DNA of 63,929 nt, counting the filler, from Hyphochytrium catenoides (lineage: Eukaryota; Protista; Hyphochytriomycota): NCBI GenBank assembly GCA_900088475.1. It is 10 parts of 10 records of this genome, joined end to end, with 100 filler letters (N's around TTAATTAATTAA, not from the genome) between each part and the next. Parts side by side here need not be neighbours in the genome. Positions count along the whole stretch, not along the records: positions 1 to 8,647 come from FLMG01001924.1; positions 8,748 to 20,173 come from FLMG01003420.1; 8 more parts are not named here. One strand, written 5' to 3'. Below the pieces are notes generated by a model. It searched no databases. It was not told the DNA's origin and saw only the letters and a list, made by a program, of their open reading frames with translations. A program made the position numbers and the translations under genes. Below are positions 1-12,104 of the stretch, one piece after another. Position 1 is the stretch's first letter. Every line of letters begins with the position of its first letter.

Positions 1-14
1 AGAGAGAGAGAGAG

Positions 15-45
<31 letters not shown>

Positions 46-166
46 GGAGAAAATGATTAAAGAGAAATTGTGAAGACAGAGTCAGCGTCCTCTAGGGCGT
101 ATTCAAAGGTTCTTCGGGAGAGAGAAAGCGCAATGGCAAGGAAGAGAGTCAAGCTATTTTACTTAC

Positions 167-765
167 CTCCTCGCTGTTGGTGATGAGCCTCGAGTTAACG
201 TATCTGTAAAACAAGAGAGAGAGAGAGACAAAAAGAGAGAGAGAGACTATAAGTTGAACGAACATCAAAATCCCAACGTAGTTACATAACGGACTGAAGG
301 ACAAACCTTATCTCCACACACCGACACATGCACATACACCGCCTGTCTCTCTTTCTCTCTCTCTCTCTCTTTCTCTTTCTCTTTTCTTCTTTCATCCTTT
401 CCGCTTATTCTCTCTTTCTCTCTCTCTGTTCTCTCACCTAAAGTTGCCCTCAAGCTTCTGTTCATTGACAGTGAACTTGCCCGTGGGCTGGCGAAGGAGA
501 GTGAGGAAGAATCCTATGCACAAGAAACAAAGTATATGTGTTATCCAAAGCGACAAGACAAATAGCTAGAGGAGGAATGAGGAAGAGAGAGAACCAGAGA
601 GAGAGACAGAGAGAGAGAGAGAGAAAGAGAGAGAGAGCACAAAGCACTTACCGCTTCCGATCAAGTAGGATAACATTGTCACTGGACCTTGCGCACCTGT
701 AACGAAATAAAGATGTGGCATAAGTCAGAAGTGATCATCCGTTTACTTTGGGCATCACCCCTCTT

Positions 766-803
<38 letters not shown>

Positions 804-2124
804 TACCTATAGAAGAGCTGAGGCTGCGTGAGTAGATAACAATGTCCAAGAGAGGCTTGGTCACGTTGGAATAGAGATCGGACACCGATGTGCAGAACCG
901 CTCCACATCTTGAGTCAACAACTAGACAAACAGACAGTGGGGAAGAGAGAGAGAAAGAGGAGAGAGAGAGAGGAAAGAGTGAAAGAGAGGAGAATTTTAA
1001 AAATGGCTTACAATAAGGATGCAACGGAAAGAGAGGCGAGAGGAAGAGAGGACAGACAAAGAGAGAAAGAGAGAAAAGGAAAACTCAGAGAGAAGAAGGG
1101 CAAGAGCAAGGAGAGACAGTTGACAAAGATGCCCATGTCACTGACTAGAGAACTTTGACGAGAGACTAGCGCAAGGACGTAAGAGAAAAGGAAAGGGAGG
1201 CCTCTCCCTTTCCGTACCAAGGACTAGAGAAGAGAGAAGAGAAAGGAACACAGAGAGAGAGATAAAAAAAAAGAAAAAAGACGAGAGAGAGAGAGAGAGA
1301 GAGATCCCTCCAGAGATAGATGGATATTCACCTGGTCAGCGTTCGTAATTCTGTTGTCCAGATTGGAGATGCGATAGTAGGTGAAGCCCTAGGAGATGCA
1401 AAGGAAGAGAAACAGGGGACGGGAGAGAAGACATGAGATGGGGGAAAAAAGAGAGAGAGACGACCTGCAAGAGGGAAGAGAGAGAGGACTCGCAAGAGAG
1501 AAGAGAGAGAAAGAGTGAGTGAGCGAGAGAGAGAGAGAGAGAGAAAGAGCAAGGGGCCGAAGCGAGATCATAGAAAAGGCCGAAACTTTTAAACAGAGAG
1601 AATCATAGAAAGAGTGCTCCCAACAAAGAAAAGGAAGAGAGAGAGAGAGAGAGGGAGAGAGAGGGAGAGAGACCGCCAATCCCAGCAAGCAAAACTAATT
1701 TGGATTCAAGAAACATGGAAGAGGGAAACGAAACCAGAAGAGAGACATCAACCAACAGCTCATGTATCACGCCCCAATCTACAGGGAAGAAGGGCGAGGA
1801 AGAGAGAGAAGAGAGGGAGAGGGAAAGAGAGAGAGGGAACAAGAAATAGAGACCCGTACAGAGAGAGAGAAAGACCGAGAAAGAGAGAGAGAGAGAGAAA
1901 GAAACAAAGAAGAAGGATCTACCTGCAGGTATCTGTCATAGAGATACTTCGTCAGTCTTGTCCTGAACCTGAGGGCGAGCTCGAACTGTCCGTATTTCAA
2001 GAGAGAATTCACGCAAGAGACAGGAACCATCGCCAGCAGGAAGCGGATCAGATGGCGGCTGAAGGACGCGCCATCCCGGCTCGTGCTGAAAGACAAAGAG
2101 AGAGAGAGAGAGAGGAGAGAGAAG

Positions 2125-2158
<34 letters not shown>

Positions 2159-2813
2159 ACCATAGAAGCAGAAGAGAGAAGAGGAGCGACAAGGCCATAT
2201 GAATGATTTGCGAGACCATAGACGTGAAAAGCAAGAGAAGGTTCTAAGGAGAGAGAGAGAGAGGGGATAATGTTCAGCGGGAGAGACAGAGACCACACGT
2301 GAACTGGATTCAAAGTTGGGACAGGAGCCACTCGTCTGTCTGCTGTTCAGAAGAGGAGAGAAAAGAGAGATACAGGACGGACAGACACTATGGGGACGCA
2401 GAGAAGAGAAAGAGAGAGAGAGAGAGAGAGAGAATGGGACATGACCCAGTCGTCTGTCTGCTTCTCAGAAGAGGAGAGACAGACGAGATACAGGACGGAC
2501 AGACACTAAGGGGACGCAGAGAAGAGACAGCGGGAGAGAGAGAGAGAAAGAGAGAGAGGAAGAGAGAAGAAAGAGAGAGAGAATGCAGATTGACCGGCTC
2601 TTACATGGCTCTCTCTATAGAGGTGGTGACCTGTAGGATGAGGATGTCGAAATAGGTTCGAGAGACGAGCAGAAGAGCCACCAGCGCCGCGAAAGCTGCT
2701 TCTGGAGTGAAAGGCCCAGGGAGAATGATCCGAAGGAGACGGACCAGTTGACCGTAGAAGTGCTAACGGGAAGAAGGGAGAGGGGGAGAAAGAGAGAGAG
2801 TGAAAGAGAGAGA

Positions 2814-2857
<44 letters not shown>

Positions 2858-3644
2858 AAGTGTGAGTGTGAGTGGAGAGGAAGAGTAAAAGGAGGAGGGA
2901 AAGAAAGTTGGGAGAACCACTTGAAGTGTGAGATGACGTGAGGGGACAGGAAATTAGAGAAGCCAGCCAACACGAGGAGGAAAGAACAGGCGAAGACAAA
3001 GAAGGAGAGAGAGAGAAAGAAAGAGAGAGAGATCAGCTGAACTTAGTGCTTCCCCTATATTGTGAATGATGATCTCACCCTGTCTACGGCCACTTTTTTG
3101 GAAGAGCTCTTTTTGGGTTTGATGTACGCGGACACCTGGGAACTGCTGTCCGCTCGGTCCGTGCCCCACTTCCGGACATAGAGAGAGACAGCGACCTGGC
3201 CACAAGAGAGAGATGGAAGAGAGAGAAAGAGAGAAAGAGCAGAGAGAGAAGAGAGACAGACAGAGGAAAGAAGACAGAGAGAGGGAAGAGAAATTGAGAG
3301 TGACACAGAGAGATAGAGAAAAAGAGGGAGAGAAAGAGGGAGAGAAGAGAGAAGGGAGAGAGAAAGAGGTAAATTGGGGAGTGGGACGGAAGGGTAAATA
3401 TAAGTCTGTCTCGAGGTAGGGGGCGCGGGTAGCGAGAAAGAGAGAAGAGGGCCTCTTTAGGGGAGAAAGAAAGAGATACGACCCTACAAGATTACTAGGA
3501 GAAATAGATAGAGATCGAGAGAGGTAAGGAGAGAGCGAACGGGAGAGAGATGTTGGGAGATAGGCAAGGACGGACCAAACTGGTTGCAAATGTTGCCACA
3601 GCAACATTTCTGCGTCCTAAGAACTTGCTGAACGCGCCAGGCAT
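167..3644 (-). CDS. ABCD3: Peroxisomal ABC transporter, ABCD3/PMP70 type; N-terminal part, gene continues past the left edge
   Basis: Nine GT-AG-flanked exons stitch in order: MPGAFSKFLGRRNVAVATFATSL / ...KKVAVDR / HFYGQLVRLLRIILPG...LLVSRTYFD / ...VNSLLKYGQFELALRFRTRLTKYLYDRYLQ / GFTYYRISNLDNRITNADQ / LLTQDVERFC...KPLLDIVIY / AQGP... / ...EQKLEGNFR / YVNSRLITNSEE. These are the ABCD membrane-domain motifs. Confidence 0.93.
2317..2528. repeat. Imperfect direct duplication (about 93 bp, period 118) inside an ABCD3 intron
   Basis: tgggaca...tcgtctgtctgct..cagaagaggagaga...gagatacaggacggacagacacta.ggggacgcagagaagaga occurs at about 2317-2409 and 2435-2528, separated by a (GA)n tract. Confidence 0.85.
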
Positions 3645-5129
3645 GATGTCTCTTCAATCGCCGGCTCAAGAGAGAGAGCTCAGCACTCCTAAGGCAGGTG
3701 TTCGAGAGGGAAAGAGACACTTACAGGCAAGACAAAGAGAGAGAAGGAGAAAAGAGAGCTTGCACTAACAACCACTTCCTGGATGATGGTGCCAGCGCAG
3801 GGCCAAGATATTAGGAGAGCTCACTGGTGTCGCCTCCACCTCTACGAGCAAGGGAAAGAGAGAATGAAGGAAGGGGGAATCAGCCTTTTGGAGAAAAGAA
3901 AGATGAAGCAGACCGGTTGACAGAGAGGGAGAGAGAGAGACAGAGAGAGAGAGAGGCAGAGTGACAAAGAGAGAGAGAGAGAGAAAAAGAGAGAGAGAGA
4001 GGAGAGCTTATCGACTGTGTTCACGGCCTTTTCAGAACCAAGATCTGGAGAGGAAGTTGAAGCCTCTCTCCGTCCGCCGAAATTATTAGTTTCGGCCTCC
4101 CAGAACATTACATCGGCCTTAATCCCTCCCTCGCCTGCCCAGACGAGACTCGAAAATAACAGTGGGACGGAAAATCAGTCTTTTCTTACAATAAAAAAAT
4201 CACTAAAGTGGTTTCTAAAGGATGTGATTATCGATCAGTTGATAACCTATTGGCAGTAGTAATCGTTTTATGATTCTATTGTTCAATGTAACGGTAGAGT
4301 GAAAAACAGTAGTCAGGTTCCAGACGCAAGGGAGGAAGAGAANNNNNNNNNNNNNNNNNNNNNNNNNNNNNNNNNNNNNNNNNNNNNNNNNNNNNNNNNN
4401 NNNNNNNNNNNNNNNNNNNNNNNNNNNNNNNNNNNNNNNNNNNNNNNNNNNNNNNNNNNNNNNNNNNNNNNNNNNNNNNNNNNNNNNCGGACAAAGAGAC
4501 GACGCACACAGCAGAGGAGGAAAGAGTGATGATAGTAGGGTAAAGAACAATAAAACTGACAGAGAAAAAGAGGAAAAGAGAGAGAGAAGCCGGCAGTCTC
4601 TTTTTCTCTACTCCCTTGAACCATCTCTTCTCTCCTGTTGAACGTAACCCGTGCTTCTCTCTCCTGACTTCCTTTTATCAGCTGTTGTTGCTATGCCAGC
4701 TGTTTCACGCTTCTCCCCTTCTCTCTTCCTCATGCTCTTTCCCTATTCGCCTCCCTCTGTCTCTGTCTTTTTACTCTCTCTGCTGAGTAGCTCACTCGCG
4801 CGGGTCCTGCTATGGCGTTTGCTCTCTCTTTCCCATCCTCTTCTCTCTTCCAGTCTGCGTCTTTCTCAACAAACACGTCCTATGTGCGCCTGCACATCAA
4901 CGTTCTCTCCCGGTATCCTCTCTCTCTACCGCTCTCCTTCTTTTTCTCACTCTTTTTGTCTCTTTTTATCCCTGTCTTTCTCTCTCTCTCTCTCTTTCTT
5001 TCCCTTCCCTTCTCGTCGTCCTTCCCGTTCCCTCCGTTTGATCGCGGTTGCAGTTGCCACGTTGCTCTAGCGACCGTAAACAGGGTGATTGACCTCTCTC
5101 TCGTTCTCTCTCTAGTGCTCTCTCTAGTG

Positions 5130-5160
<31 letters not shown>

Positions 5161-5618
5161 CTCTCTCTCCCTCTCTCTCTTTCTCCCTCTCTCTCTCTTT
5201 CTCCCTCTCTCTCTCTCTCTTCCTCTCTTCAGCTTCTCTCTCCTTTCTTATTTATCTCTTCTCCCCTCCCGGAGATCCCCATCCTCAGCACCTGCGGTCT
5301 TCGCTGTCGTGGCGTCATTTTCTCGTTCTCTCTCTGTCTTCAATCTCTCCACTCTCTCTCTCTTTCTGCTCTCTCTTTCTCACTTCTCTCTTCCGAAATC
5401 CGTGCCGTCTCGTCCTCTACCTTGGGAGACTGACCAGCAAATAGAGAAGAAGAGATAGTACCGCGCGCGAGACAAGGCATGTAGAGAGAGAAAGAGAAAA
5501 AGAGAGACCACCTGTGCGTCTGCAGACGTGAAGCTCAGCAATAAGACAAGGGAGATCCAAAGGGAAGTACTGACCTGTTGAGCTCAAAGCTGTGGATTGC
5601 TCTCATACACTTCTTGAG

Positions 5619-5654
<36 letters not shown>

Positions 5655-5725
5655 TCTCTCTCTCTCTTCTCCCCTCTCTCTCCTCTCTCTCTCTTTTCTC
5701 TCTCTCCCCCCCAGACGTAGAAACA

Positions 5726-6655
5726 ATGCCCAAGCGGTCAAGACCTTTGTCGCCCATTCCCGAGGAAGCTTGCGCTCCTTCTCTCCCTTACTCTGATCCT
5801 CTCTCTTCTCTCGAACGACCTCCCAGAACGAGGTCGAAAGAGAGGAAAACAGACAGTCTCTCTTCTTCCACTAGCCGAGAACGAGAGAGAGAGGAAGAGA
5901 GACGGCATCGTGTCTCTCTCTCTGCCGTTAACCTTGGTAGTATAGAGGATGGAGAGAGGAGGAACGGGGAAGAAAGCTATGAACTGGCAGGAGCGAGAGG
6001 GAGAGACTTTTCTCTCTCTGCTGCCATCCATCCCTCTCTCTCTCCTTCTGATCCTTCCCTCCCCGTCTCTGCTTCTGATACTGCTATCCCTGGACTCCTC
6101 ATGGTCAAAGTCCATCCTCCTGCAAGGAAAGGAGAAGAGAGAGAAGAAGAGAGACACACACAATTGCTAGAAGAAGGCAGAGGTGGCGGAGGGAGAGAGA
6201 AACCATTCCCTCCTCCTCTTCCAAAAATTGTCTCTCTCTCCCCCGAGCTCTCTCTCTCCGATCCTCGTGTCGACCTGGTCCGTGGTTATCTGGAAAAGAG
6301 ACTGAAGAGACAGAACGAGATGGGAGCAGGAGGGAAGAGAGTGAGCTATGACAAGAGAAGATTTGCTAGAGCAAGAGTCTCTCTCTCTTCCTCTTCCTCT
6401 GCTTTTGAGGCCGAGCTTCGAAAGCAGCAGACAAGGCGCACTCTTCTCTGCCTCTCTCTTCTCTTCCTCTTTCTCATTGCCCTTATCACTCTTCTCTCTC
6501 TTGCTCTTCTCTCGGATTTCTTTCACCCTGCAACGCCTTCAGAACAGCCTTCCCCCTCTTCTTCTTCCGCTCAGGTTCCATCTCTCTCTCCCACAACTTC
6601 TCCCCTTCTCCCTCCCTCTTCTTCTCCTGCCAGAAATCAGAGCCTCTCTCTGTAA
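5726..6655 (+). CDS. Hypothetical 309-aa single-pass membrane protein with a Ser/Pro-rich C-terminus
   Basis: ATG-initiated ORF with a hydrophilic N-terminus, one hydrophobic segment (LLCLSLLFLFLIALITLLSLALL) after basic residues, and a Ser/Pro tail. No family recognised; partly low complexity. Confidence 0.45.
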   Translation: MPKRSRPLSPIPEEACAPSLPYSDPLSSLERPPRTRSKERKTDSLSSSTSREREREEERRHRVSLSAVNLGSIEDGERRNGEESYELAGARGRDFSLSAAIHPSLSPSDPSLPVSASDTAIPGLLMVKVHPPARKGEEREEERHTQLLEEGRGGGGREKPFPPPLPKIVSLSPELSLSDPRVDLVRGYLEKRLKRQNEMGAGGKRVSYDKRRFARARVSLSSSSSAFEAELRKQQTRRTLLCLSLLFLFLIALITLLSLALLSDFFHPATPSEQPSPSSSSAQVPSLSPTTSPLLPPSSSPARNQSLSL

Positions 6656-7214
6656 AAAGCTTAACCTTTCCTCCTTTTGCCCTTTCCGTACGAGGAAATA
6701 TATAGATAAGTTTTGCCATGACTCTCTCTCTCTCTCTTTATTTAAGGTTAGACCGAGAGGTAAAAGATGAAGAGAAAGAGAAATGAGAGAAAGAAGAGGC
6801 TCGAAATAGAGGTGGGAGAGAAAGGGAGACAGACAGAGAGCCACAGGGAGAGGGAGAGGGAGGGAAGATAGGCAACCTTAGCGCAGGCAAGAAAAAAATA
6901 AAGAGACAGAGCAGTAAAAAACGAGGAGGGAAGAATCTCCCTTCTCTTTCTCCTCTCTCTTTGTCAAAATGAGGATACTAAGAGAGAGGCCGTGACGGTA
7001 GGCGAGGGCTCAATAAGAAAATAAAGTCCTCGTTTTTCTTAGGCCTATTTTGCTTCCTTCCCGCTTTGAGACGAAGAGAGAGAGAGACATAGAAAAAGAG
7101 ATACTGGAGTAAAAAAAGCAGAGGCTAAAGGGCGAGAACTGACAATAACTTATTATGACAGAAGGATGAGAGGTCTTCCTTTGTGGCTCTCTCTCTCCCT
7201 TTTCTTTCTCTCTC

Positions 7215-7942
7215 TTATCGACGATAGCGTGGTCTTTTGAAGTTGAAATAGAGAGAAAGCACTCCTCTCTCAAAGACACTCTTGAACCCTCTCTTATGCG
7301 AATGCTCCCACTCGCGATTGACAATCTTAAAGGCAATATCTTCGTACGGAGGCCCAGCATGAAATCTGCAAAAAGATCAAGTGAAGCTCGGTTAATATTG
7401 TGATCTATGCAGGTGGAGATCCAGACGTGGAGGTTATTGGATTTCTTGAGGGGCTAACTCACCGCAAGATGCAGAAATCTGGAGAGTCCGCGGGCTCAAG
7501 GAAGAAGGTGGGTGTCTTGAACTTGTCAATGAGATCTGGGTAGAAGACATTGAACTTATATCCCTGGACAACCTTAGGTGGCGGGTTGTCGTGGTCATAG
7601 TGAGTCTGTGGGGAATGAGAGAAAGTGCGAAAGTTCGTCAGCGGTCGTGGGAGGAGAGAAAGAGAAAGAGAGGCACACAAGAAACAGAGACAGAAATGGG
7701 GCATATCGTGAGACAGGCATAGGTGACATAAAGCGGCGCAGGTCAGCTGCCACGACTAAAGTGGCATAAACAGAGACGGAGAGAGAGTGAGAGAGAGAGA
7801 AGAGTGGAGAGAGAGAGAGGGAGAGAGAGAGAGAGAGAGAAGCGCAGAGAAGGGAGAGTGCAAGACGGTCGAATTGGGGAACATAGCGACGACGGGGATC
7901 CAGAACTTAAAAAAAGAGAGATCAAAAAAGAGACATATATAT

Positions 7943-7979
<37 letters not shown>

Positions 7980-8309
7980 AAGAAAGAGAAAAGGAGGGGC
8001 TGACCTGGTTGTATTTATTCCAGTCATAACCTGTCTTGACACGATTGAAATACCGCGGCTTGCGAGGCCTGTACTTGTCCTGCCATTTGTACTGCTGCGT
8101 CAACAGAATCTCGTCTCGAGACGTCAGCTTCTCTTCTGACTCATCCATGCCCTTGTCCTCCTCAGCCTGCAATCCAGAGGGAGGAGAGAAAGAGAGAGAG
8201 AAAGAGAGAGAGAAAGAGAAAGAAGAAGAAGGAGGAAAATTGGAAAAAGCAGAGTTTGTAAACGGGTCAGGAGGTGCAAGGCAGCTTTCTTCACCGATAG
8301 TAACTACAA

Positions 8310-8376
<67 letters not shown>

Positions 8377-8647
8377 CGCGGGAGTCTTTGTAAGTGTTTC
8401 TCTCTTCCATGTCTCGGTCCTCTCTCTTTCCTTCTACTCCTTCACATATCTCCCTCCGTCTCCCCTTGTCATTGTACTCACCCTTTGCATGGCCACGGCC
8501 ATGTCTGACCCGTCATAGTTCTCTCTTCCAGCGACATCTGCAGCCGCGGTGACGGTTCTTCCAGAGCGGCGTGCAAGGGAGGAGGGAGAGGGAGGACCAG
8601 ATCCTCTCTCTCCACGGCCTTTGACTTCTCTCTCTCCATCTGTCCGT
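7215..8647 (-). CDS. CACTIN: Cactin, C-terminal part (5' end cut by the scaffold edge)
   Basis: Exons give YKWQDKYRPRKPRYFNRVKTGYDWNKYNQ / THYDHDNPPPKVVQGYKFNVFYPDLIDK / FHAGPPYEDIAFKIVNREWEHSHKRGFKSVFERGVLSLYFNFKRPRYRR-stop, the conserved cactin C-terminal domain. Confidence 0.96.
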
Positions 8648-8747
8648 NNNNNNNNNNNNNNNNNNNNNNNNNNNNNNNNNNNNNNNNNNNNTTAATTAAT
8701 TAANNNNNNNNNNNNNNNNNNNNNNNNNNNNNNNNNNNNNNNNNNNN
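8648..8747. other. Artificial scaffold linker
   Basis: 44 N + TTAATTAATTAA (stop codons in all six frames) + 44 N. Confidence 0.98.
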
Positions 8748-8765
8748 GGCCACCAAAAAGCAAAA

Positions 8766-9770
8766 ATGAGTGCCCTCTTTCGTCTTTTGCAGCGTCTCTG
8801 CTGTCTGGTGGCATTCGTTGGGCTGGCTGCTGGGGCCGCGATACCAGGGGACAGTGCAAATGCACTTATAGGTCTACCTACCGTTGATGTTGAGGTTAAA
8901 AGAGCAGCACAGGCAAGTATGGGAAGTATGGGTAGAGCAGATTCTGTGAGGAGCTAATTGGTGCTTCTGACACCGAGGTTCTGTTCTTGCTCTTTATCGC
9001 GATCTAATTCACGCTTGCTTTCCGGCGATGTCTGCTCGTGATGCTTAACTTCCCCTATGTACCTTCCTGGGCCTTCAGCTGGCCCTCAAGGAGCTGCGAA
9101 GAGTCTCCGGAACTGGAGTCTACGACACGATAGAGCTGGACTCCATACTTCAGGCTGGAAGGCAGGTAATGTGAGACGGGATCCTGCGATTGATCGGCTG
9201 TTTATCGCCCGTGCAGTCACATATATCTTCCTGTCTCTTCATCTGTACTTTCCTGTTATACTCATTTCCTCCTTGGCCTCTTCTCTCTTGGCGTTGGTTC
9301 TCGTCCTCCACAAAAGTCCCAGAGTCCACGACCAAAACGATCATATTACGGCTCATCACAACCTCTCCTGACACATCGCGATTATATAGGATGGCATCTA
9401 TCATGAGAACCTCTTTCTACTTCTGGCCCTGAGAAGCCCGTTTTTCCAGAGTGGCAAGCAGGTTGAGCAACACGAAGTCATAGTCATGAAGCACAAAGAG
9501 ACCGGCATCTATAATCTTGCCATTGAAGAGTTTCCAGAGATGACGGAAAGAGCGAAGGAGGTGTATTGGAAAAGATCGGTGGAGAAGCATAGGCAGTGGC
9601 GGGCAAGAGCATTCAAGGAGCTAGGTGTGGAGCTTGAGTCGGGAACAACAGTAAGAGACACAGATTTACCGCATGCAAACGACGACAAGCACGATCATCA
9701 AGAGAAACCGAGAAGCGAGGGGGCATCAGGAGGGGTGACTAGGGTAGGATCACTAAAAGATGAGCTCTAA
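8766..9770 (+). CDS. Uncharacterised ER-lumenal protein, about 204 aa, with signal peptide and C-terminal KDEL
   Basis: Exons 8766-8912, 9079-9165 and 9390-9770 join in phase 0. Hydrophobic N-terminus (LCCLVAFVGLAAG); ends GSLKDEL-stop. Confidence 0.8.
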
Positions 9771-10074
9771 CACTGACGAACTTCAGACCAAAATGGCACG
9801 ATGCACAATGCAAAAGGATAATATTTATGTGCAAAGCACGCGCGGATTCTGAGTCTCCTGCGTTAACAAACTAGCAACCACCGATAAGAAAGGCTTCCTT
9901 TGATGACGGATTGAGCCTTCCTCTGTTTCACTCTTTCTTCCCACCTCATTTCAAGAGGCGAGACATTTCCTACCCTACGGTATATGCCTCTTTCTTTCTC
10001 CCCTGGGCTGTGCACCACTATCATACGCCCTTCCAAGAGCAATTCAGGTTCCTCCTCTTCCTGTTTCTCCTTCT

Positions 10075-12104
10075 CTAAATAAGATCCGCGACGTTCATTG
10101 GCATCTCATCAATCTGAGTGGAGTAGTACTGCTCGATATCCCTCAGGATTCGGATGTCATCGTCCTTGACGAAGTTGATGGCAACGCCCTTGCGACCGAA
10201 ACGGCCGGACCGACCAATTCTACGGGCAAAAAATAGAGCATATGAAGTTTAGCCCGGATTTTAGAGGTTGGATCGAAGAGCAATACGCAGCCATCAGCAA
10301 CCGTGCCGCATATTGGTCGGAAACGAGCATGCGGCGCGGAGCAAGCAGGGATCAACGGCAAAACAGAGCAAAGAGGAAGTTGAGGCGTCACATGACACAG
10401 ATAAAGACGCCATCAGTAACAAGAGGAAAGGAGGGAAAACAACCAGCGGCATGGGCACTACGAGCTTTGAAGGGTCAGAGCTTTTTTGTACCTGTGGATA
10501 TAGAGCTCACGATTGTTGGGCAGATCGTAGTTGATGACCAAAGAAACCTGTTGCACGTCCAGTCCTCTTCCCCAAACATCGGTCGTGATAAGCACACGAG
10601 AACCGCCCGAGCGGAACTCTTGCATGATGGCATCTCTTTCTTTCTGAGGCATATCTCCGTGCATGGAAGACACCGTGAAGTTTGCTTCCCGCATTTTTGT
10701 GGTGAGCCAGTCAACCTACATTTTAGATGCGGTGAGCGGACGAAGCGGAGCTAATCTCATACTAAAGAAGAGAACTACTTGGCCTGGGCCCGGCCTGCAG
10801 ATGTGTCACGGGGAGACGAAACGACAGGAGAGCCAAGTGTGAACCAGGAAGCAGAATAAGGAGAAGCAAAGCGTTGATAAGCCACGTTACTAAGAATCAA
10901 AGTTCGGGTAATGAGAAAGGGTGACCAAGAGGATTATTTTCAGCAGAGAAGTACCCACCTTGCGTTTAGTATTACAGAAGATGACTGCCTGTGTGATCGT
11001 TAAGGTGTCATACAGGTCACAGAGTGTATCAAACTTCCACTCTTCTCTCTCCACAGCGACAAAAAACTGCTTGATGCCCTCAAGCGTGAGTTCATCACGT
11101 TTCACCAAGACTTTGACTGGCTCATTCATGAACTTCTTGGTCATCTCAAGCACCTCTTGCGGCATGGTGGCGGAAATAAGTAGGACCTGGCATGATTGAA
11201 GGTGAGGGTCAGAGATAGGGGACCATATTAAGGACAATAGGGAGCAGGAAAGGACGACAGCGACAGTTTTAAAGCAGGACGGTCCAACATGCTTCGCAAA
11301 ACGTCTACGTCTAAGGGCGAGAGAACAGCCAACGCTGCTCTTCAGCCAACACGCCTACTCTTCACACACCTGAGTTGAAGGAGGGAGATATCTGTAGATG
11401 TCATATATCTGCTCCTTGAAGCCCTTGTTTAGCATCTCGTCCGCCTCATCAATCACAAGCATCTTAAGGTTTCTAGTTCGCAGATTTCTTCGTCTGATCA
11501 TATCGAAGACGCGGCCCGGAGTACCAGATACCACTTGAACTCCGTAGTCTAGACGACGGATATCTTCACCAATGCTCTTGCCACCAATACACGCATGACA
11601 CTGTACATTCATGAAATCTCCAAGAGACAAGAGCACCTACATTATCGGGAACAGGTAAGCACCAACTACTGTCACGTGGCAACACGCTGAAGCCAACCCC
11701 TACCTTTTGGTTCTGTTCAGCTAACTCTCTGGTTGGAGAAAGAATGAGAGCCTGCGTTTCATTGCTGCTCGTGTCTAGAGTCTGTAAAATCGAGATACAG
11801 AAAACCGCAGTTTTGCCGGTTCCTGACTGTGACTGTGCAATGAGATCTCGGCCCTGAATGGCGGGCTTGATAGCGCGCTGCTGAATAGCAGACGGCTTTT
11901 CAAAGCCTATGGAGTTACCGATTAGAAACCTCTTGAAGGCATAATTGCCAAGAACGCGAGAAGATCTGATCTAACCGCACCATAGGCATAGATTCCCCTC
12001 AAAAGCTCTTCCTTCAAGCCCATCTGATCAAACGAACTGATGACATCAATGTTCTTGCTGGTAGTAAACTCCAGCTTCTTGTCCTCTTCATAATCTGAAG
12101 GCAT
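10075..12104 (-). CDS. EIF4A3: Exon-junction-complex DEAD-box helicase eIF4A-III
   Basis: Six exons: [89 protein letters not shown], ending [10 protein letters not shown]-stop. The IGG..GEDIRRL and PQKER motifs mark eIF4A-III rather than eIF4A-I. Confidence 0.96.

Noticed and set aside
265-5444. Numerous ERER/SLSL ORFs in the track (also at 20-28 kb and 60 kb)
   Set aside because: They are translations of stop-free (AG)n/(CT)n tracts in introns or on the antisense strand.
7215-12104. Apparent cluster of RNA-processing genes (cactin next to eIF4A-III; also IWS1 and DDX1)
   Set aside because: Cactin and eIF4A-III are on different scaffolds joined artificially. IWS1 and DDX1 are 13 kb apart with unrelated genes between them.
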